Assembly: GCF_003334305.1 (NCBI RefSeq)
Contig: NZ_QOWS01000011.1
DNA length: 64,000 nucleotides
Direction: 5' to 3' (one strand)
Origin: Escherichia coli
GTDB lineage: Bacteria > Pseudomonadota > Gammaproteobacteria > Enterobacterales > Enterobacteriaceae
Shown: positions 27,013 to 41,159 of the stretch, in pieces
Position numbering within the stretch: the stretch's first letter is position 1
Layout of the letters: every line of letters starts with the position of its first letter
The notes under the pieces: model-generated
The model's database searches: none
What the model was told of the DNA's origin: nothing
What the model saw: the letters and a program-made list of their open reading frames with translations, nothing else
Program-made: the position numbers and the translations under genes

Positions 27013-27085
27013 GCAACGCATCGAACGGCGGCACTGATTGCCAGACGATAATAAAATCAAGTGATTAACTGATTGCTTGATGAAT

Positions 27086-27161
<76 letters not shown>

Positions 27162-27215
27162 GTTTAAAAGACATCGGCGTCAAGCGGATGTCTGGCTGAA
27201 AGGCCTGAAGAATTT

Positions 27216-27289
27216 GGCGCGTTAACAAAGCGGTTATGTAGCGGATTGCAAATCCGTCTAGTCCGGTTCGACTCCGGAACGCGCCTCCA
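27216..27289 (+). tRNA. cysT: tRNA-Cys (anticodon GCA)
   Basis: GGCGCGTTAACAAAGCGGTTATGTAGCGGATTGCAAATCCGTC...CCTCCA. Confidence 0.95.
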
Positions 27290-27301
27290 CTTTCTTCCCG
27301 A

Positions 27302-27388
27302 GCCCGGATGGTGGAATCGGTAGACACAAGGGATTTAAAATCCCTCGGCGTTCGCGCTGTGCGGGTTCAAGTCCCGCTCCGGGTACCA
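27302..27388 (+). tRNA. leuZ: tRNA-Leu (anticodon UAA), long variable arm
   Basis: GCCCGGATGGTGGAATCGGTAGACACAAGGGATTTAAAATCCCTCGGCGTTCGCGCTGTGCGGGTTCAAGTCCCGCTCCGGGTACCA. Confidence 0.95.
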
Positions 27389-27432
27389 TGGGAAAGATAA
27401 GAATAAAATCAAAGCAATAAGCAGTGTCGTGA

Positions 27433-27456
27433 AACCACCTTCGGGTGGTTTTTTTG
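27433..27456 (+). terminator. rho-independent terminator of the tRNA operon
   Basis: AACCACC-TTCG-GGTGGTT stem-loop followed by T5. Confidence 0.75.
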
Positions 27457-27583
27457 TGCCTGCAACTTGTCGTTACACCCTCCTTAATTATTAATCACCG
27501 GCAAAGCCACTCAAAAAGTATCTCTGTTACGGACCGACATGTAAGATAGGTGCTGGCGAGTTGAGATCCACAAGGAAAAGCGT

Positions 27584-28249
27584 ATGAAAACGGGACCGTT
27601 AAACGAAAGTGAGTTGGAATGGCTGGACGATATTCTGACCAAATACAACACTGACCACGCCATCCTTGATGTGGCGGAACTGGACGGTTTATTGACGGCG
27701 GTGTTGAGTTCTCCGCAAGAGATTGAACCGGCACAGTGGCTGGTTGCCGTATGGGGTGGGGCTGACTATGTGCCACGCTGGGCGTCAGAGAAAGAGATGA
27801 CGCGCTTTATGAACCTGGCTTTTCAGCATATGGCCGATACCGCAGAGCGTCTGAACGAATTCCCGGAGCAGTTTGAGCCGTTATTCGGCTTGCGAGAAGT
27901 CGATGGCAGCGAGCTGACGATTGTTGAGGAGTGGTGCTTTGGCTATATGCGGGGCGTGGCACTTTCTGACTGGTCAACGTTGCCCGATTCGTTAAAACCA
28001 GCGCTGGAGGCGATTGCGCTGCACGGTACTGAGGAAAACTTCGAGCGGGTAGAGAAGATGTCGCCAGAAGCGTTTGAAGAGAGCGTAGATGCCATTCGAC
28101 TGGCGGCGCTTGATCTACATGCGTACTGGATGGCGCATCCGCAGGAAAAAGCTGTTCAGCAACCGATCAAAGCAGAAGAGAAACCGGGGCGTAATGATCC
28201 TTGCCCGTGCGGTAGTGGTAAGAAATTTAAGCAGTGCTGCCTGCATTAA
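27584..28249 (+). CDS. yecA: UPF0149-family protein YecA with C-terminal SEC-C metal-binding motif (221 aa)
   Basis: C-terminus ...[18 protein letters not shown] is a SecA-like Zn-binding motif. Confidence 0.85.
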   Translation: MKTGPLNESELEWLDDILTKYNTDHAILDVAELDGLLTAVLSSPQEIEPAQWLVAVWGGADYVPRWASEKEMTRFMNLAFQHMADTAERLNEFPEQFEPLFGLREVDGSELTIVEEWCFGYMRGVALSDWSTLPDSLKPALEAIALHGTEENFERVEKMSPEAFEESVDAIRLAALDLHAYWMAHPQEKAVQQPIKAEEKPGRNDPCPCGSGKKFKQCCLH

Positions 28250-28310
28250 GAGAGCAAATTGGGTGTCAGCGTTAATTCTGGCACCCAATAAGGAATTTGA
28301 GGCTATCTGA

Positions 28311-29522
28311 TCACCCCACTTCTGGTAACAAGCCTGCCGCAATCAAAAATTGCACGCTAATCACAGCAATACCACAGAGAAACACCACCACCAGCGCCGG
28401 ACGACCACCTTTCACCCGGTAACCCGCCTGAGGATTGTGCTTTCTGCTTTGCCAGGTCAACAGCGAAGGGATAATCAATGCCAGTACCGCCAGCGCCACA
28501 CCGGCGTAACCCAGCGCCATCACAAATCCTCGTGGATAAAACAGTGCAAACGCCAACGGAGGCAGAAAGGTAATTGCACCAGTTTGCAATCGTCCACCAA
28601 CGGTATTTGAACGCTGAAACAAATCAGCCAGATAATCAAATAAACCTAACGCAACGCCGAGAAATGACGTGGCGAGGGCTAAATCAGCAAATAAATGCAC
28701 CGCCAGCTCAACATGCGGAGAGGCCACCATTTCGCGTAACGCCTGTAACAGCCCGTTTAATCCGGCATGATTAGCCAGCAATCCCATAAAGGTTGTTGAA
28801 TCAATGCTGCCAAGGGTCGCCAGCTGCCAGAAAATATATGCCACCAGGGGGATCGCACTACCGATTATAAACACCCAGCGTAGTTTACGAATGTTGCCAT
28901 CCATATAGCTGACAATACTCGGCACGCTACCGTGAAAACCAAACGACGTAAAAATCACCGGGATTGCAGATAGTGCGAGCCCCTGTTGCAACGGCAGGGT
29001 TAAAAGATTCACTTTGTGAATATGCGGCAGCAGTAGTACCAGCATTACCACCAGAAAAATAATCTTGGCGCTGAACAGAAAACGGTTAAACAAATCGACC
29101 AGCGATGTCCCGACACAAACCACGCCACCGGCAACAAAAGTGAACAACAGCACGCCAGCGGTTGCCGACATTGAAATACCTGTCCAGTCGCTGATGCTGG
29201 AGGCCAACAATTCACCGGCACCGCTGATGTATGCCGCAGTCAGAGCATACATTAAGAACATCATACTGAAGCCTGTCAGCCACTGACCGTAGCGTCCCAG
29301 ATAGCGTTTTGCCAGCGTGCCCAGGCCGGTATCTGCCGGGACATGCTGGTACACCTCCAGCAGTAATAGCGCCGTGTAGCACATCAACGCCCAAAGCCCA
29401 ATCAACAAGATTAACGTGACGCTAAAACCGACACCTGCCGCAGCCAGCGGCATTGCCAGCATGCCTGCGCCAATTGTGGTTCCCGCCACGATAAAAACAC
29501 TTCCCAGAGTTCTGTTTTTCAC
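28311..29522 (-). CDS. tyrP: tyrosine-specific transporter TyrP (403 aa)
   Basis: Polytopic aromatic amino acid permease in ORF translation. Confidence 0.9.
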   Translation of the reverse strand: MKNRTLGSVFIVAGTTIGAGMLAMPLAAAGVGFSVTLILLIGLWALMCYTALLLLEVYQHVPADTGLGTLAKRYLGRYGQWLTGFSMMFLMYALTAAYISGAGELLASSISDWTGISMSATAGVLLFTFVAGGVVCVGTSLVDLFNRFLFSAKIIFLVVMLVLLLPHIHKVNLLTLPLQQGLALSAIPVIFTSFGFHGSVPSIVSYMDGNIRKLRWVFIIGSAIPLVAYIFWQLATLGSIDSTTFMGLLANHAGLNGLLQALREMVASPHVELAVHLFADLALATSFLGVALGLFDYLADLFQRSNTVGGRLQTGAITFLPPLAFALFYPRGFVMALGYAGVALAVLALIIPSLLTWQSRKHNPQAGYRVKGGRPALVVVFLCGIAVISVQFLIAAGLLPEVG

Positions 29523-29613
29523 GCTTTCTTCTGTCCTGACGATCTTTATGAGTGATATCTGCGGCGCAGGTTAAGGCATAACGGCTGGTTCGTCAAACCG
29601 GCGTTACATATGG

Positions 29614-29631
29614 TGTAAATATAAATGTACA
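29614..29631. promoter_or_regulatory. putative TyrR box upstream of tyrP
   Basis: TGTAAA-N6-TGTACA (consensus TGTAAA-N6-TTTACA), about 90-110 bp upstream of the tyrP start. Confidence 0.5.
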
Positions 29632-29711
29632 ATAAAATGCGTTCAGTCCTGCGCTGGCGCAAAGTCTTGGTAAGCGGCAATCGCTACGCTAGCCTTTTTT
29701 GAGGAGGAACG

Positions 29712-29951
29712 ATGGACTCTATTCACGGTCATGAAGTGTTAAATATGATGATTGAATCAGGTGAGCAATATACGCATGCCAGTCTGGAAGCTGCGATTAA
29801 AGCGCGTTTTGGTGAACAGGCACGTTTTCACACTTGCTCGGCAGAAGGGATGACAGCGGGAGAGCTGGTAGCGTTTCTGGCAGCAAAAGGCAAATTTATA
29901 CCTTCGGAAGAAGGTTTTTCGACCGATCAGAGTAAGATTTGCCGTCACTGA
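29712..29951 (+). CDS. yecH: DUF2492-family protein YecH (79 aa)
   Basis: ORF translation MDSIHGHEVLNMMIESGEQYTHASLEAAIKARFGEQARFHTCSAEGM... Confidence 0.8.
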   Translation: MDSIHGHEVLNMMIESGEQYTHASLEAAIKARFGEQARFHTCSAEGMTAGELVAFLAAKGKFIPSEEGFSTDQSKICRH

Positions 29952-29958
29952 TTTGAAA

Positions 29959-29981
29959 CGGCGGCAGTAAACCTGCCGCCG
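29959..29981. terminator. GC-rich hairpin between convergent yecH and ftnA (possible shared terminator)
   Basis: CGGCGGCAG-TAAAC-CTGCCGCCG, a 9 bp stem; flanking U-tracts are weak. Confidence 0.4.
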
Positions 29982-29988
29982 GAGAACA

Positions 29989-30486
29989 TTAGTTTTGTGT
30001 GTCGAGGGTAGAGAGTTCTTTGTCGATAAAATACAGACCTTCGCCGCTTTTGCCTGCCAGGCTTAATTTATCAATAATCGATTTGAACAGTTTCTCTTCT
30101 TCATGCTGCTCAGAAACATACCATTGCAGGAAATTAAATGTTGGGTAGTCCTGATTGGTCATTGCAGCATGAGCCAGTTCGTTAATTTTCTGCGTGATTA
30201 ATTGTTCGTGTTTATAGGTTTCCTGGAATAATTCATCAAGTGAGGAATATTCAGCAAACGGAGATTCAACGGTATTAATACGCGGTAAGTTGCCGGTATC
30301 AGTCAGATAATCAAACAGACGCTGCATATGCGTCATCTCTTCCTGGGCGTGGCGGCGCAGGAACGCGGCAGCACCTTCGAAGGTATGATAGCTGCACCAG
30401 GCGCTCATTTGCTGATAAAGCAGTGAAGAGTACAGTTCCAGGTTCATCTGCTCATTAAGTTTTTCAATCATTTCTGGTTTCAGCAT
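29989..30486 (-). CDS. ftnA: ferritin FtnA (165 aa from ATG at 30486; longest ORF starts 30501)
   Basis: Ferritin-like diiron site residues in [31 protein letters not shown]... Confidence 0.9.
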
Positions 30487-30656
30487 GATAGTGCTCCACA
30501 AAGGTTATATTTGTTGCTGTGGCGTCACTATAATTTGTTATTTTATTATTTGCAAAAGGTAAAATATAAACTTCAATTATTAAAAATACGAATGGGAATA
30601 AAACGCATTACCGCTATTTATTTAATCAGCGAAGATCCCCTCGCTGATTAAAACAT

Positions 30657-30980
30657 TTAGAGAAAGACAGGGAAGGCGGAATGATGGCACTGATATGACA
30701 AAGTGAATTCCGTATTCAAACATAAGGAACCCGCAAAAAGGCTACAGTTGCCTACTGGCTGACCAAAGGGGATAGCGTGGGTATAGCCTTCCTGCTGGCA
30801 TGCGCGATCGGCGATCCCGCGACTGACATAACGATCGGTACGGGCATGCTGCAAAAAAGCCTGATCATAAACCAACCGAACAATACCTGTTGCCGTGTCA
30901 ACTTCGCCCACATGAGCCTGGCGAGTAACTGTGCACCCCGCCAGCGTTATTAATGAAAGAGTCAGAATCAGAAGTCTCAT
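30657..30980 (-). CDS. yecR: lipoprotein YecR (107 aa)
   Basis: Signal peptide with lipobox LAGC (MRLLILTLSLITLAGC). Confidence 0.8.
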   Translation of the reverse strand: MRLLILTLSLITLAGCTVTRQAHVGEVDTATGIVRLVYDQAFLQHARTDRYVSRGIADRACQQEGYTHAIPFGQPVGNCSLFAGSLCLNTEFTLSYQCHHSAFPVFL

Positions 30981-31144
30981 GGTCCAGCCAGAAGAGTAAA
31001 AGAAAGCACTATTTTACGCGTTACAGCGCTGCGACAATGGCCGGAAAAGACGCCTGGCAGGCGCTATTTCTTGCCATCTGTAGGTGTCAGAAATGGGGGT
31101 GCTGCTTTTTGATTATCATTTTTATAACATTAAAAGGGTATTTA

Positions 31145-31160
31145 TGTGATTTGCATCACA
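31145..31160. promoter_or_regulatory. CRP binding site (perfect TGTGA-N6-TCACA) upstream of azuC
   Basis: TGTGATTTGCATCACA about 85 bp upstream of the azuC ATG; a second degenerate half-site pair lies at 31173-31188. Confidence 0.55.
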
Positions 31161-31242
31161 TAAAGATTGATTTTTGTGATGGTTGTCATATTATAAGTGC
31201 AAAGACAATAACACCTGCATAACAAATAGTCGGAGTGCCGCG

Positions 31243-31329
31243 ATGAAACTGCGCAAGATCCTGAAAAGTATGTTCAATAACTATTGCAAGACGTTCAAAG
31301 ACGTACCACCAGGCAATATGTTCCGATAA
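31243..31329 (+). CDS. azuC: 28 aa small membrane-associated protein AzuC (within the azuCR / IsrB dual-function RNA)
   Basis: ATG at 31243 encodes MKLRKILKSMFNNYCKTFKDVPPGNMFR then TAA; followed immediately by an intrinsic terminator. Confidence 0.75.
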   Translation: MKLRKILKSMFNNYCKTFKDVPPGNMFR

Positions 31330-31334
31330 CAAAA

Positions 31335-31357
31335 AACCTGCTCCGGCAGGTTTTTTT
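31335..31357 (+). terminator. rho-independent terminator of azuC/azuR transcript
   Basis: AACCTGC-TCCG-GCAGGTT followed by T7. Confidence 0.75.
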
Positions 31358-31443
31358 GTGTCCTGGTGACGGTGGATGTGACTATCGCTGAAGATGTGAA
31401 GCCGCTACTATAACGGCTTTCAAAATGCTATCAGGAGTTTACG

Positions 31444-31695
31444 ATGTCCCAGCCGCTGAATGCCGATCAGGAACTGGTTTCTGATGTGGTTGCTTGCCAG
31501 TTGGTTATCAAACAAATTCTCGACGTTCTGGATGTAATCGCGCCCGTTGAAGTTCGCGAAAAAATGTCCAGCCAGCTGAAGAATATCGACTTTACTCACC
31601 ATCCCGCCGCCGCAGACCCGGTCACCATGCGGGCAATCCAAAAAGCCATCGCGCTGATTGAACTCAAGTTTACCCCACAGGGCGAATCCCATTAA
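31444..31695 (+). CDS. yecJ: DUF2766-family protein YecJ (83 aa)
   Basis: ORF translation [31 protein letters not shown]... Confidence 0.8.
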   Translation: MSQPLNADQELVSDVVACQLVIKQILDVLDVIAPVEVREKMSSQLKNIDFTHHPAAADPVTMRAIQKAIALIELKFTPQGESH

Positions 31696-31773
31696 AAAAC
31701 CGCATCTTCAAAAAGATGAGGCAGCGGTTTCTCAAAAACTTCATCGGCGCAATTGCATTAGCGCCGATGACGA

Positions 31774-32277
31774 TCAATGCAGCTGATGCGACACGACATT
31801 CAGAACATGTTGGTCAGTCTGCACAGGGCACATACCAGCAAGTTTCGCACTGCGCACTTCATCAAGAATGGTTTGCAGCAACAGGCCATCATGCTGCTGT
31901 TCTTTTTCCAGATCGCGCAGGAAATTGACGGTTGAATCATCATTCAGTTCTTTAGCTTCATCGGCTAACTGTGCCAGCGTGCTTGAACGTTGCTCGTATT
32001 CTTCCATCGTTTTTTGGAAAAGTTCTTCCAGTGAGTTCAGTTTTTCACCGGGAACATCAATGGCTTTAACGATGGGAGTAGCGCCGACACTCTTCATAAA
32101 GTTAAACATGCGCATCATTTGGGTCACGTTACTCTGTGCCTGGGCGCGAAGGAAAGTGGCGGTGCCGTTCAGACTCTGTTCAGAACACCAGTTACTCAGG
32201 TGAAGGTAGAGATTGGATGCGTAAAACTCGCGGTTCATTTGAGAGTTGAGTTTGAGAAGCATTCCAGCGGTTGCCAT
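31774..32277 (-). CDS. ftnB: ferritin-like protein FtnB (167 aa)
   Basis: Ferritin fold paralogous to FtnA in ORF translation. Confidence 0.85.
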   Translation of the reverse strand: MATAGMLLKLNSQMNREFYASNLYLHLSNWCSEQSLNGTATFLRAQAQSNVTQMMRMFNFMKSVGATPIVKAIDVPGEKLNSLEELFQKTMEEYEQRSSTLAQLADEAKELNDDSTVNFLRDLEKEQQHDGLLLQTILDEVRSAKLAGMCPVQTDQHVLNVVSHQLH

Positions 32278-33072
32278 ACCTAATATCCTTATATCCAGAA
32301 GTGGAGAGGTGCAAGATAAATCAAAACACCATAATTACTGTTTGCAGAATAATTCCTTTCTGCCGGTCCGAAATGTGATCGTGGAGTCAATTCTGACGAT
32401 GATCTGAAATAAGAATAACGTCTGAACGGGTATAAGAAAATGCTTAAATCATCAAGTTTATATATTTTTACATTTCATTGATGAAATCAATGTAACTGCA
32501 ATGAATTTTAATGATAGTGCTTTTTGTATCTTGTTGATATTAATCGGTGAATTTGAATTCATGATGAAGCAATGATTTTTTAAAACGTTTTTTCATTTTT
32601 GCGATATGGCTCTCAGTATACGTGTTCTGTTAATTAATGAACACGGTGATAATTAATGGCGAAATGAATGACGCGCTTTTTCCACATCTTTGAGTTGCGG
32701 TTATTACACCATTGCAAAAACTCAACGCCAGGTAATGTGGCCTATTGACTGGTTAAAAAAAAGACATCCAGCTGGGTACCAAAGACAACAAGGATTTCCA
32801 GGCTAATCTTATGGATTAATCTGCTGTGCACTAGACAATTTGTCAGACAAATTGGCTTTTCCTTATGTCTTTTCCCGCTAAATTTATGCACGTTCTCACT
32901 GTAATTCTGCGATGTGATATTGCTCTCCTATGGAGAATTAATTTCTCGCTAAAACTATGTCAACACAGTCACTTATCTTTTAGTTAAAAGGTAATGCTTT
33001 GTTTTCCGATTAATTTAACGAATGTCATTCGTTTTTGCCCTACACAAAACGACACTAAAGCTGGAGAGAACC

Positions 33073-34062
33073 ATGCACAAATTTACTAAAGCCCTGGCAG
33101 CCATTGGTCTGGCAGCCGTTATGTCACAATCCGCTATGGCGGAGAACCTGAAGCTCGGTTTCCTGGTGAAGCAACCGGAAGAGCCGTGGTTCCAGACCGA
33201 ATGGAAGTTTGCCGATAAAGCCGGGAAGGATTTAGGGTTTGAGGTTATTAAGATTGCCGTGCCGGATGGCGAAAAAACATTGAACGCGATCGACAGCCTG
33301 GCTGCCAGTGGCGCAAAAGGTTTCGTTATTTGTACTCCGGACCCCAAACTCGGCTCTGCCATCGTCGCGAAAGCGCGTGGCTACGATATGAAAGTCATTG
33401 CCGTGGATGACCAGTTTGTTAACGCCAAAGGTAAGCCAATGGATACCGTTCCGCTGGTGATGATGGCGGCGACTAAAATTGGCGAACGTCAGGGTCAGGA
33501 ACTGTATAAAGAGATGCAGAAACGTGGCTGGGATGTCAAAGAAAGCGCGGTGATGGCGATTACCGCCAACGAACTGGATACGGCACGTCGCCGTACAACG
33601 GGTTCTATGGATGCGCTGAAAGCGGCCGGATTCCCGGAAAAACAAATTTATCAGGTACCTACCAAATCTAACGACATTCCGGGGGCATTTGACGCTGCCA
33701 ACTCAATGCTGGTTCAACATCCGGAAGTTAAACATTGGCTGATCGTCGGTATGAACGACAGCACCGTGCTGGGCGGCGTACGCGCGACGGAAGGTCAGGG
33801 CTTTAAAGCTGCCGATATCATCGGCATTGGCATTAACGGTGTGGATGCGGTGAGCGAACTGTCTAAAGCACAGGCAACCGGCTTCTACGGTTCCCTGCTG
33901 CCAAGCCCGGACGTACATGGCTATAAATCCAGCGAAATGCTTTACAACTGGGTAGCAAAAGACGTTGAACCGCCAAAATTTACCGAAGTTACCGACGTGG
34001 TGCTGATCACGCGTGACAACTTTAAAGAAGAACTGGAGAAAAAAGGTTTAGGCGGTAAGTAA
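33073..34062 (+). CDS. araF: L-arabinose ABC transporter periplasmic binding protein AraF (329 aa)
   Basis: ATG at 33073 gives MHKFTKALAAIGLAAVMSQSAMA signal peptide followed by ENLKLGFLVKQPEEPWFQ... Confidence 0.9.
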   Translation: MHKFTKALAAIGLAAVMSQSAMAENLKLGFLVKQPEEPWFQTEWKFADKAGKDLGFEVIKIAVPDGEKTLNAIDSLAASGAKGFVICTPDPKLGSAIVAKARGYDMKVIAVDDQFVNAKGKPMDTVPLVMMAATKIGERQGQELYKEMQKRGWDVKESAVMAITANELDTARRRTTGSMDALKAAGFPEKQIYQVPTKSNDIPGAFDAANSMLVQHPEVKHWLIVGMNDSTVLGGVRATEGQGFKAADIIGIGINGVDAVSELSKAQATGFYGSLLPSPDVHGYKSSEMLYNWVAKDVEPPKFTEVTDVVLITRDNFKEELEKKGLGGK

Positions 34063-34077
34063 TTTGCCGGAAAAATT

Positions 34078-34100
34078 CCCCTCTGCATGATGCAGAGGGG
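34078..34100 (+). other. perfect 11 bp-stem palindrome in the araF-araG intercistronic region (mRNA stem-loop)
   Basis: CCCCTCTGCAT-G-ATGCAGAGGGG; no downstream T-run, so more likely a stability or processing element than a terminator. Confidence 0.5.
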
Positions 34101-34131
34101 GTGTGAACGACCAGTGATTCACGGAGACGTT

Positions 34132-35646
34132 ATGCAACAGTCTACCCCGTATCTCTCATTTCGCGGCATCGGTAAAACGTTTCCCGGCGTTAAGGCGCTG
34201 ACGGATATTAGTTTTGACTGCTATGCCGGTCAGGTTCATGCGTTGATGGGTGAAAATGGCGCAGGAAAATCAACTCTCTTAAAAATCCTCAGCGGCAACT
34301 ATGCGCCAACCACGGGTTCTGTAGTGATTAATGGGCAGGAAATGTCCTTTTCCGACACGACCGCAGCACTTAACGCGGGTGTGGCGATTATTTACCAGGA
34401 ACTGCATCTCGTGCCGGAAATGACCGTCGCGGAAAACATCTATCTCGGCCAGCTGCCGCATAAAGGCGGCATTGTGAATCGCTCATTGCTGAATTATGAG
34501 GCGGGTTTACAACTTAAACATCTTGGTATGGATATTGACCCGGACACGCCGCTGAAATATCTCTCCATTGGTCAGTGGCAGATGGTTGAAATCGCCAAGG
34601 CGCTGGCGCGTAACGCTAAAATTATCGCCTTTGATGAGCCAACCAGCTCCCTTTCTGCCCGCGAAATCGACAATCTTTTCCGCGTTATTCGTGAACTGCG
34701 AAAAGAGGGGCGGGTGATCTTATACGTTTCTCACCGTATGGAAGAAATATTTGCCCTCAGCGATGCCATCACTGTCTTTAAAGATGGACGTTATGTCAAA
34801 ACCTTTACCGATATGCAGCAGGTTGACCACGACGCGCTGGTGCAGGCGATGGTCGGGCGCGACATTGGCGATATCTACGGCTGGCAACCTCGTAGTTATG
34901 GCGAGGAGCGCCTGCGTCTTGATGCTGTGAAAGCACCAGGCGTGCGTACGCCAATAAGTCTGGCGGTTCGCAGTGGTGAAATTGTTGGGCTGTTTGGTCT
35001 GGTAGGGGCGGGGCGTAGCGAATTAATGAAAGGCTTGTTTGGCGGGACGCAAATCACCGCCGGTCAGGTTTATATCGACCAACAGCCGATCGATATTCGT
35101 AAACCGAGCCACGCCATTGCCGCAGGCATGATGCTCTGCCCGGAAGATCGCAAAGCGGAAGGCATTATTCCCGTGCACTCCGTTCGCGACAATATCAACA
35201 TCAGTGCCAGACGTAAACATGTGCTCGGCGGTTGTGTAATCAACAACGGTTGGGAAGAAAACAATGCCGATCACCACATTCGTTCGCTCAACATCAAAAC
35301 GCCGGGCGCTGAGCAACTGATCATGAATCTCTCAGGCGGAAATCAGCAAAAAGCCATTCTGGGCCGCTGGTTATCGGAAGAGATGAAGGTCATTTTGCTG
35401 GATGAACCTACGCGCGGCATTGATGTTGGTGCTAAGCATGAAATTTACAACGTGATTTATGCGCTGGCGGCGCAGGGTGTGGCGGTGCTGTTTGCCTCCA
35501 GCGACTTACCTGAAGTCCTCGGCGTTGCCGACCGGATTGTGGTGATGCGGGAAGGTGAAATCGCCGGTGAATTGTTACACGAGCAGGCAGATGAGCGTCA
35601 GGCACTGAGCCTTGCGATGCCTAAAGTCAGCCAGGCAGTTGCCTGA
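34132..35646 (+). CDS. araG: L-arabinose ABC transporter ATP-binding protein AraG (504 aa, duplicated ABC domains)
   Basis: Two Walker A motifs (GENGAGKST; GLVGAGRS) and ABC signatures. Confidence 0.9.
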   Translation: MQQSTPYLSFRGIGKTFPGVKALTDISFDCYAGQVHALMGENGAGKSTLLKILSGNYAPTTGSVVINGQEMSFSDTTAALNAGVAIIYQELHLVPEMTVAENIYLGQLPHKGGIVNRSLLNYEAGLQLKHLGMDIDPDTPLKYLSIGQWQMVEIAKALARNAKIIAFDEPTSSLSAREIDNLFRVIRELRKEGRVILYVSHRMEEIFALSDAITVFKDGRYVKTFTDMQQVDHDALVQAMVGRDIGDIYGWQPRSYGEERLRLDAVKAPGVRTPISLAVRSGEIVGLFGLVGAGRSELMKGLFGGTQITAGQVYIDQQPIDIRKPSHAIAAGMMLCPEDRKAEGIIPVHSVRDNINISARRKHVLGGCVINNGWEENNADHHIRSLNIKTPGAEQLIMNLSGGNQQKAILGRWLSEEMKVILLDEPTRGIDVGAKHEIYNVIYALAAQGVAVLFASSDLPEVLGVADRIVVMREGEIAGELLHEQADERQALSLAMPKVSQAVA

Positions 35647-35660
35647 GTAAGGAGAGTATG

Positions 35661-39013
<3,353 letters not shown>

Positions 39014-39019
39014 GAGCGG

Positions 39020-39448
39020 TTAATCTCCCGTAAGTGGAACTAACAGCACATCGACCTCACTTGAGGCAATAACTCTTTTCGCCGAGCAGGATGCTCGCGA
39101 AAAGAAACTGTGATTGTGATTACCGCAAATCACCAAATCGAAATGATGTTTGTGACATACTTCCAGAATATGTTCGCTTAACTCACCGTAGGCAATAAAC
39201 GTCTTGTCAACGGGATACCCCGCATCCTGAATTAACTTATCAAGAAAGCTTTGCGTTTCTTCTTGCATCACGCTGCGTAAATCTTCAAGCATCGGCGCGG
39301 CTAATTGATTGTACATTTCCGGGTCGGAAGCGAGAGTAATTAAACTGATGTGTCCCTTTACTGGCCTGGCGATAGATACCGCTTTTGCCAGCAGTTGCTG
39401 ACTTTCCGGTGTAACCGCAACAGCGACAAGAATATTGCTATAGCTCAT
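39020..39448 (-). CDS. uspC: universal stress protein UspC (142 aa)
   Basis: UspA-family fold; convergent with otsA, stop codons 6 bp apart. Confidence 0.85.
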   Translation of the reverse strand: MSYSNILVAVAVTPESQQLLAKAVSIARPVKGHISLITLASDPEMYNQLAAPMLEDLRSVMQEETQSFLDKLIQDAGYPVDKTFIAYGELSEHILEVCHKHHFDLVICGNHNHSFFSRASCSAKRVIASSEVDVLLVPLTGD

Positions 39449-39950
39449 AACCTGTTCCTTATTCTGTGAACTTCAGGTGACATTAAAGCTTTACTCCTAA
39501 TGGAGAAACGACGCAATCCCAACTCGGTCAAACAGGTAAATATTAGTCTGATTATTAGTAAAGACAATTAATCAATCACTCCAGGTGATCATATAATTTC
39601 AAATGTAATTATAAGAAAATAGTGTACTGATTCTCCGCATTAAACAAGTGGTTAATATATGTAAAACATTTCATTAACATTAAGTTGATTGTTGCCTTTC
39701 TTTGTATTTAATTAGTTTGTTGTGCGGTAAGTGTCTGTTTAAAAATAGCTTATCTGGTATTGCATGAAAGTGATTATTTATAGCAGATGATTATTTACGG
39801 TGAGTTATTTTAACTGTGCGCAACATCCCATTTCGATTATTCCTGTTTCATTTTTGCTTGCTAGCGTAGCGAAAAACTTTTTAACAGATTGAAATACACC
39901 CAAAACAAAAGTATGACTTATACATTTATGTTAAGTAATTGAGTGTTTTG

Positions 39951-39966
39951 TGTGATCTGCATCACA
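39951..39966. promoter_or_regulatory. CRP binding site in the flhDC promoter region
   Basis: Perfect TGTGATCTGCATCACA about 270 bp upstream of the flhD ATG, consistent with a class I CRP site upstream of a long 5' UTR. Confidence 0.65.
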
Positions 39967-40227
39967 CATTATTGAAAATCGCAGCCCCCCTCCGTTGTAT
40001 GTGCGTGTAGTGACGAGTACAGTTGCGTCGATTTAGGAAAAATCTTAGATAAGTGTAAAGACCCATTTCTATTTGTAAGGACATATTAAACCAAAAAGGT
40101 GGTTCTGCTTATTGCAGCTTATCGCAACTATTCTAATGCTAATTATTTTTTACCGGGGCTTCCCGGCGACATCACGGGGTGCGGTGAAACCGCATAAAAA
40201 TAAAGTTGGTTATTCTGGGTGGGAATA

Positions 40228-40578
40228 ATGCATACCTCCGAGTTGCTGAAACACATTTATGACATCAACTTGTCATATTTACTACTTGCACAGCGTTTGA
40301 TTGTTCAGGACAAAGCGTCCGCTATGTTTCGTCTCGGCATAAATGAAGAAATGGCGACAACGTTAGCGGCACTGACTCTTCCGCAAATGGTTAAGCTGGC
40401 AGAAACCAATCAACTGGTTTGTCACTTCCGTTTTGACAGCCACCAGACGATTACTCAGTTGACGCAAGATTCCCGCGTTGACGATCTCCAGCAAATTCAT
40501 ACCGGCATCATGCTCTCAACACGCTTGCTGAATGATGTTAATCAGCCTGAAGAAGCGCTGCGCAAGAAAAGGGCCTGA
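40228..40578 (+). CDS. flhD: flagellar master regulator FlhD (116 aa from ATG at 40228; longest ORF starts 40219)
   Basis: Translation [37 protein letters not shown]... Confidence 0.9.
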
Positions 40579-40580
40579 TC

Positions 40581-41159
40581 ATGAGTGAAAAAAGCATTGT
40601 TCAGGAAGCGCGGGATATTCAGCTGGCAATGGAATTGATCACCCTGGGCGCTCGTTTGCAGATGCTGGAAAGCGAAACACAGTTAAGTCGCGGACGCCTG
40701 ATAAAACTTTATAAAGAACTGCGCGGAAGCCCACCGCCGAAAGGCATGCTGCCATTCTCAACCGACTGGTTTATGACCTGGGAACAAAACGTTCATGCTT
40801 CGATGTTCTGTAATGCATGGCAGTTTTTACTGAAAACCGGTTTGTGTAATGGCGTCGATGCGGTGATCAAAGCCTACCGTTTATACCTTGAACAGTGCCC
40901 ACAAGCAGAAGAAGGACCACTGCTGGCATTAACCCGTGCCTGGACATTGGTGCGGTTTGTTGAAAGTGGATTACTGCAACTTTCCAGCTGCAACTGCTGC
41001 GGCGGCAATTTTATTACCCACGCTCACCAGCCTGTTGGCAGCTTTGCCTGCAGCTTATGTCAACCGCCATCCCGGGCAGTAAAAAGACGTAAACTTTCCC
41101 AGAATCCTGCCGATATTATCCCACAACTGCTGGATGAACAGAGAGTACAGGCTGTTTAA
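40581..41159 (+). CDS. flhC: flagellar master regulator FlhC (192 aa)
   Basis: Zn-binding cysteines (…CNCCGGNF…, …CSLCQPP…) in ORF translation. Confidence 0.9.
41090..41116 (+). promoter_or_regulatory. sigma28 promoter inside the 3' end of flhC (motAB-cheAW promoter; MotR origin)
   Basis: TAAACTTT-N11-GCCGATAT, about 170 nt upstream of the motA start and within flhC codons. Confidence 0.7.
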
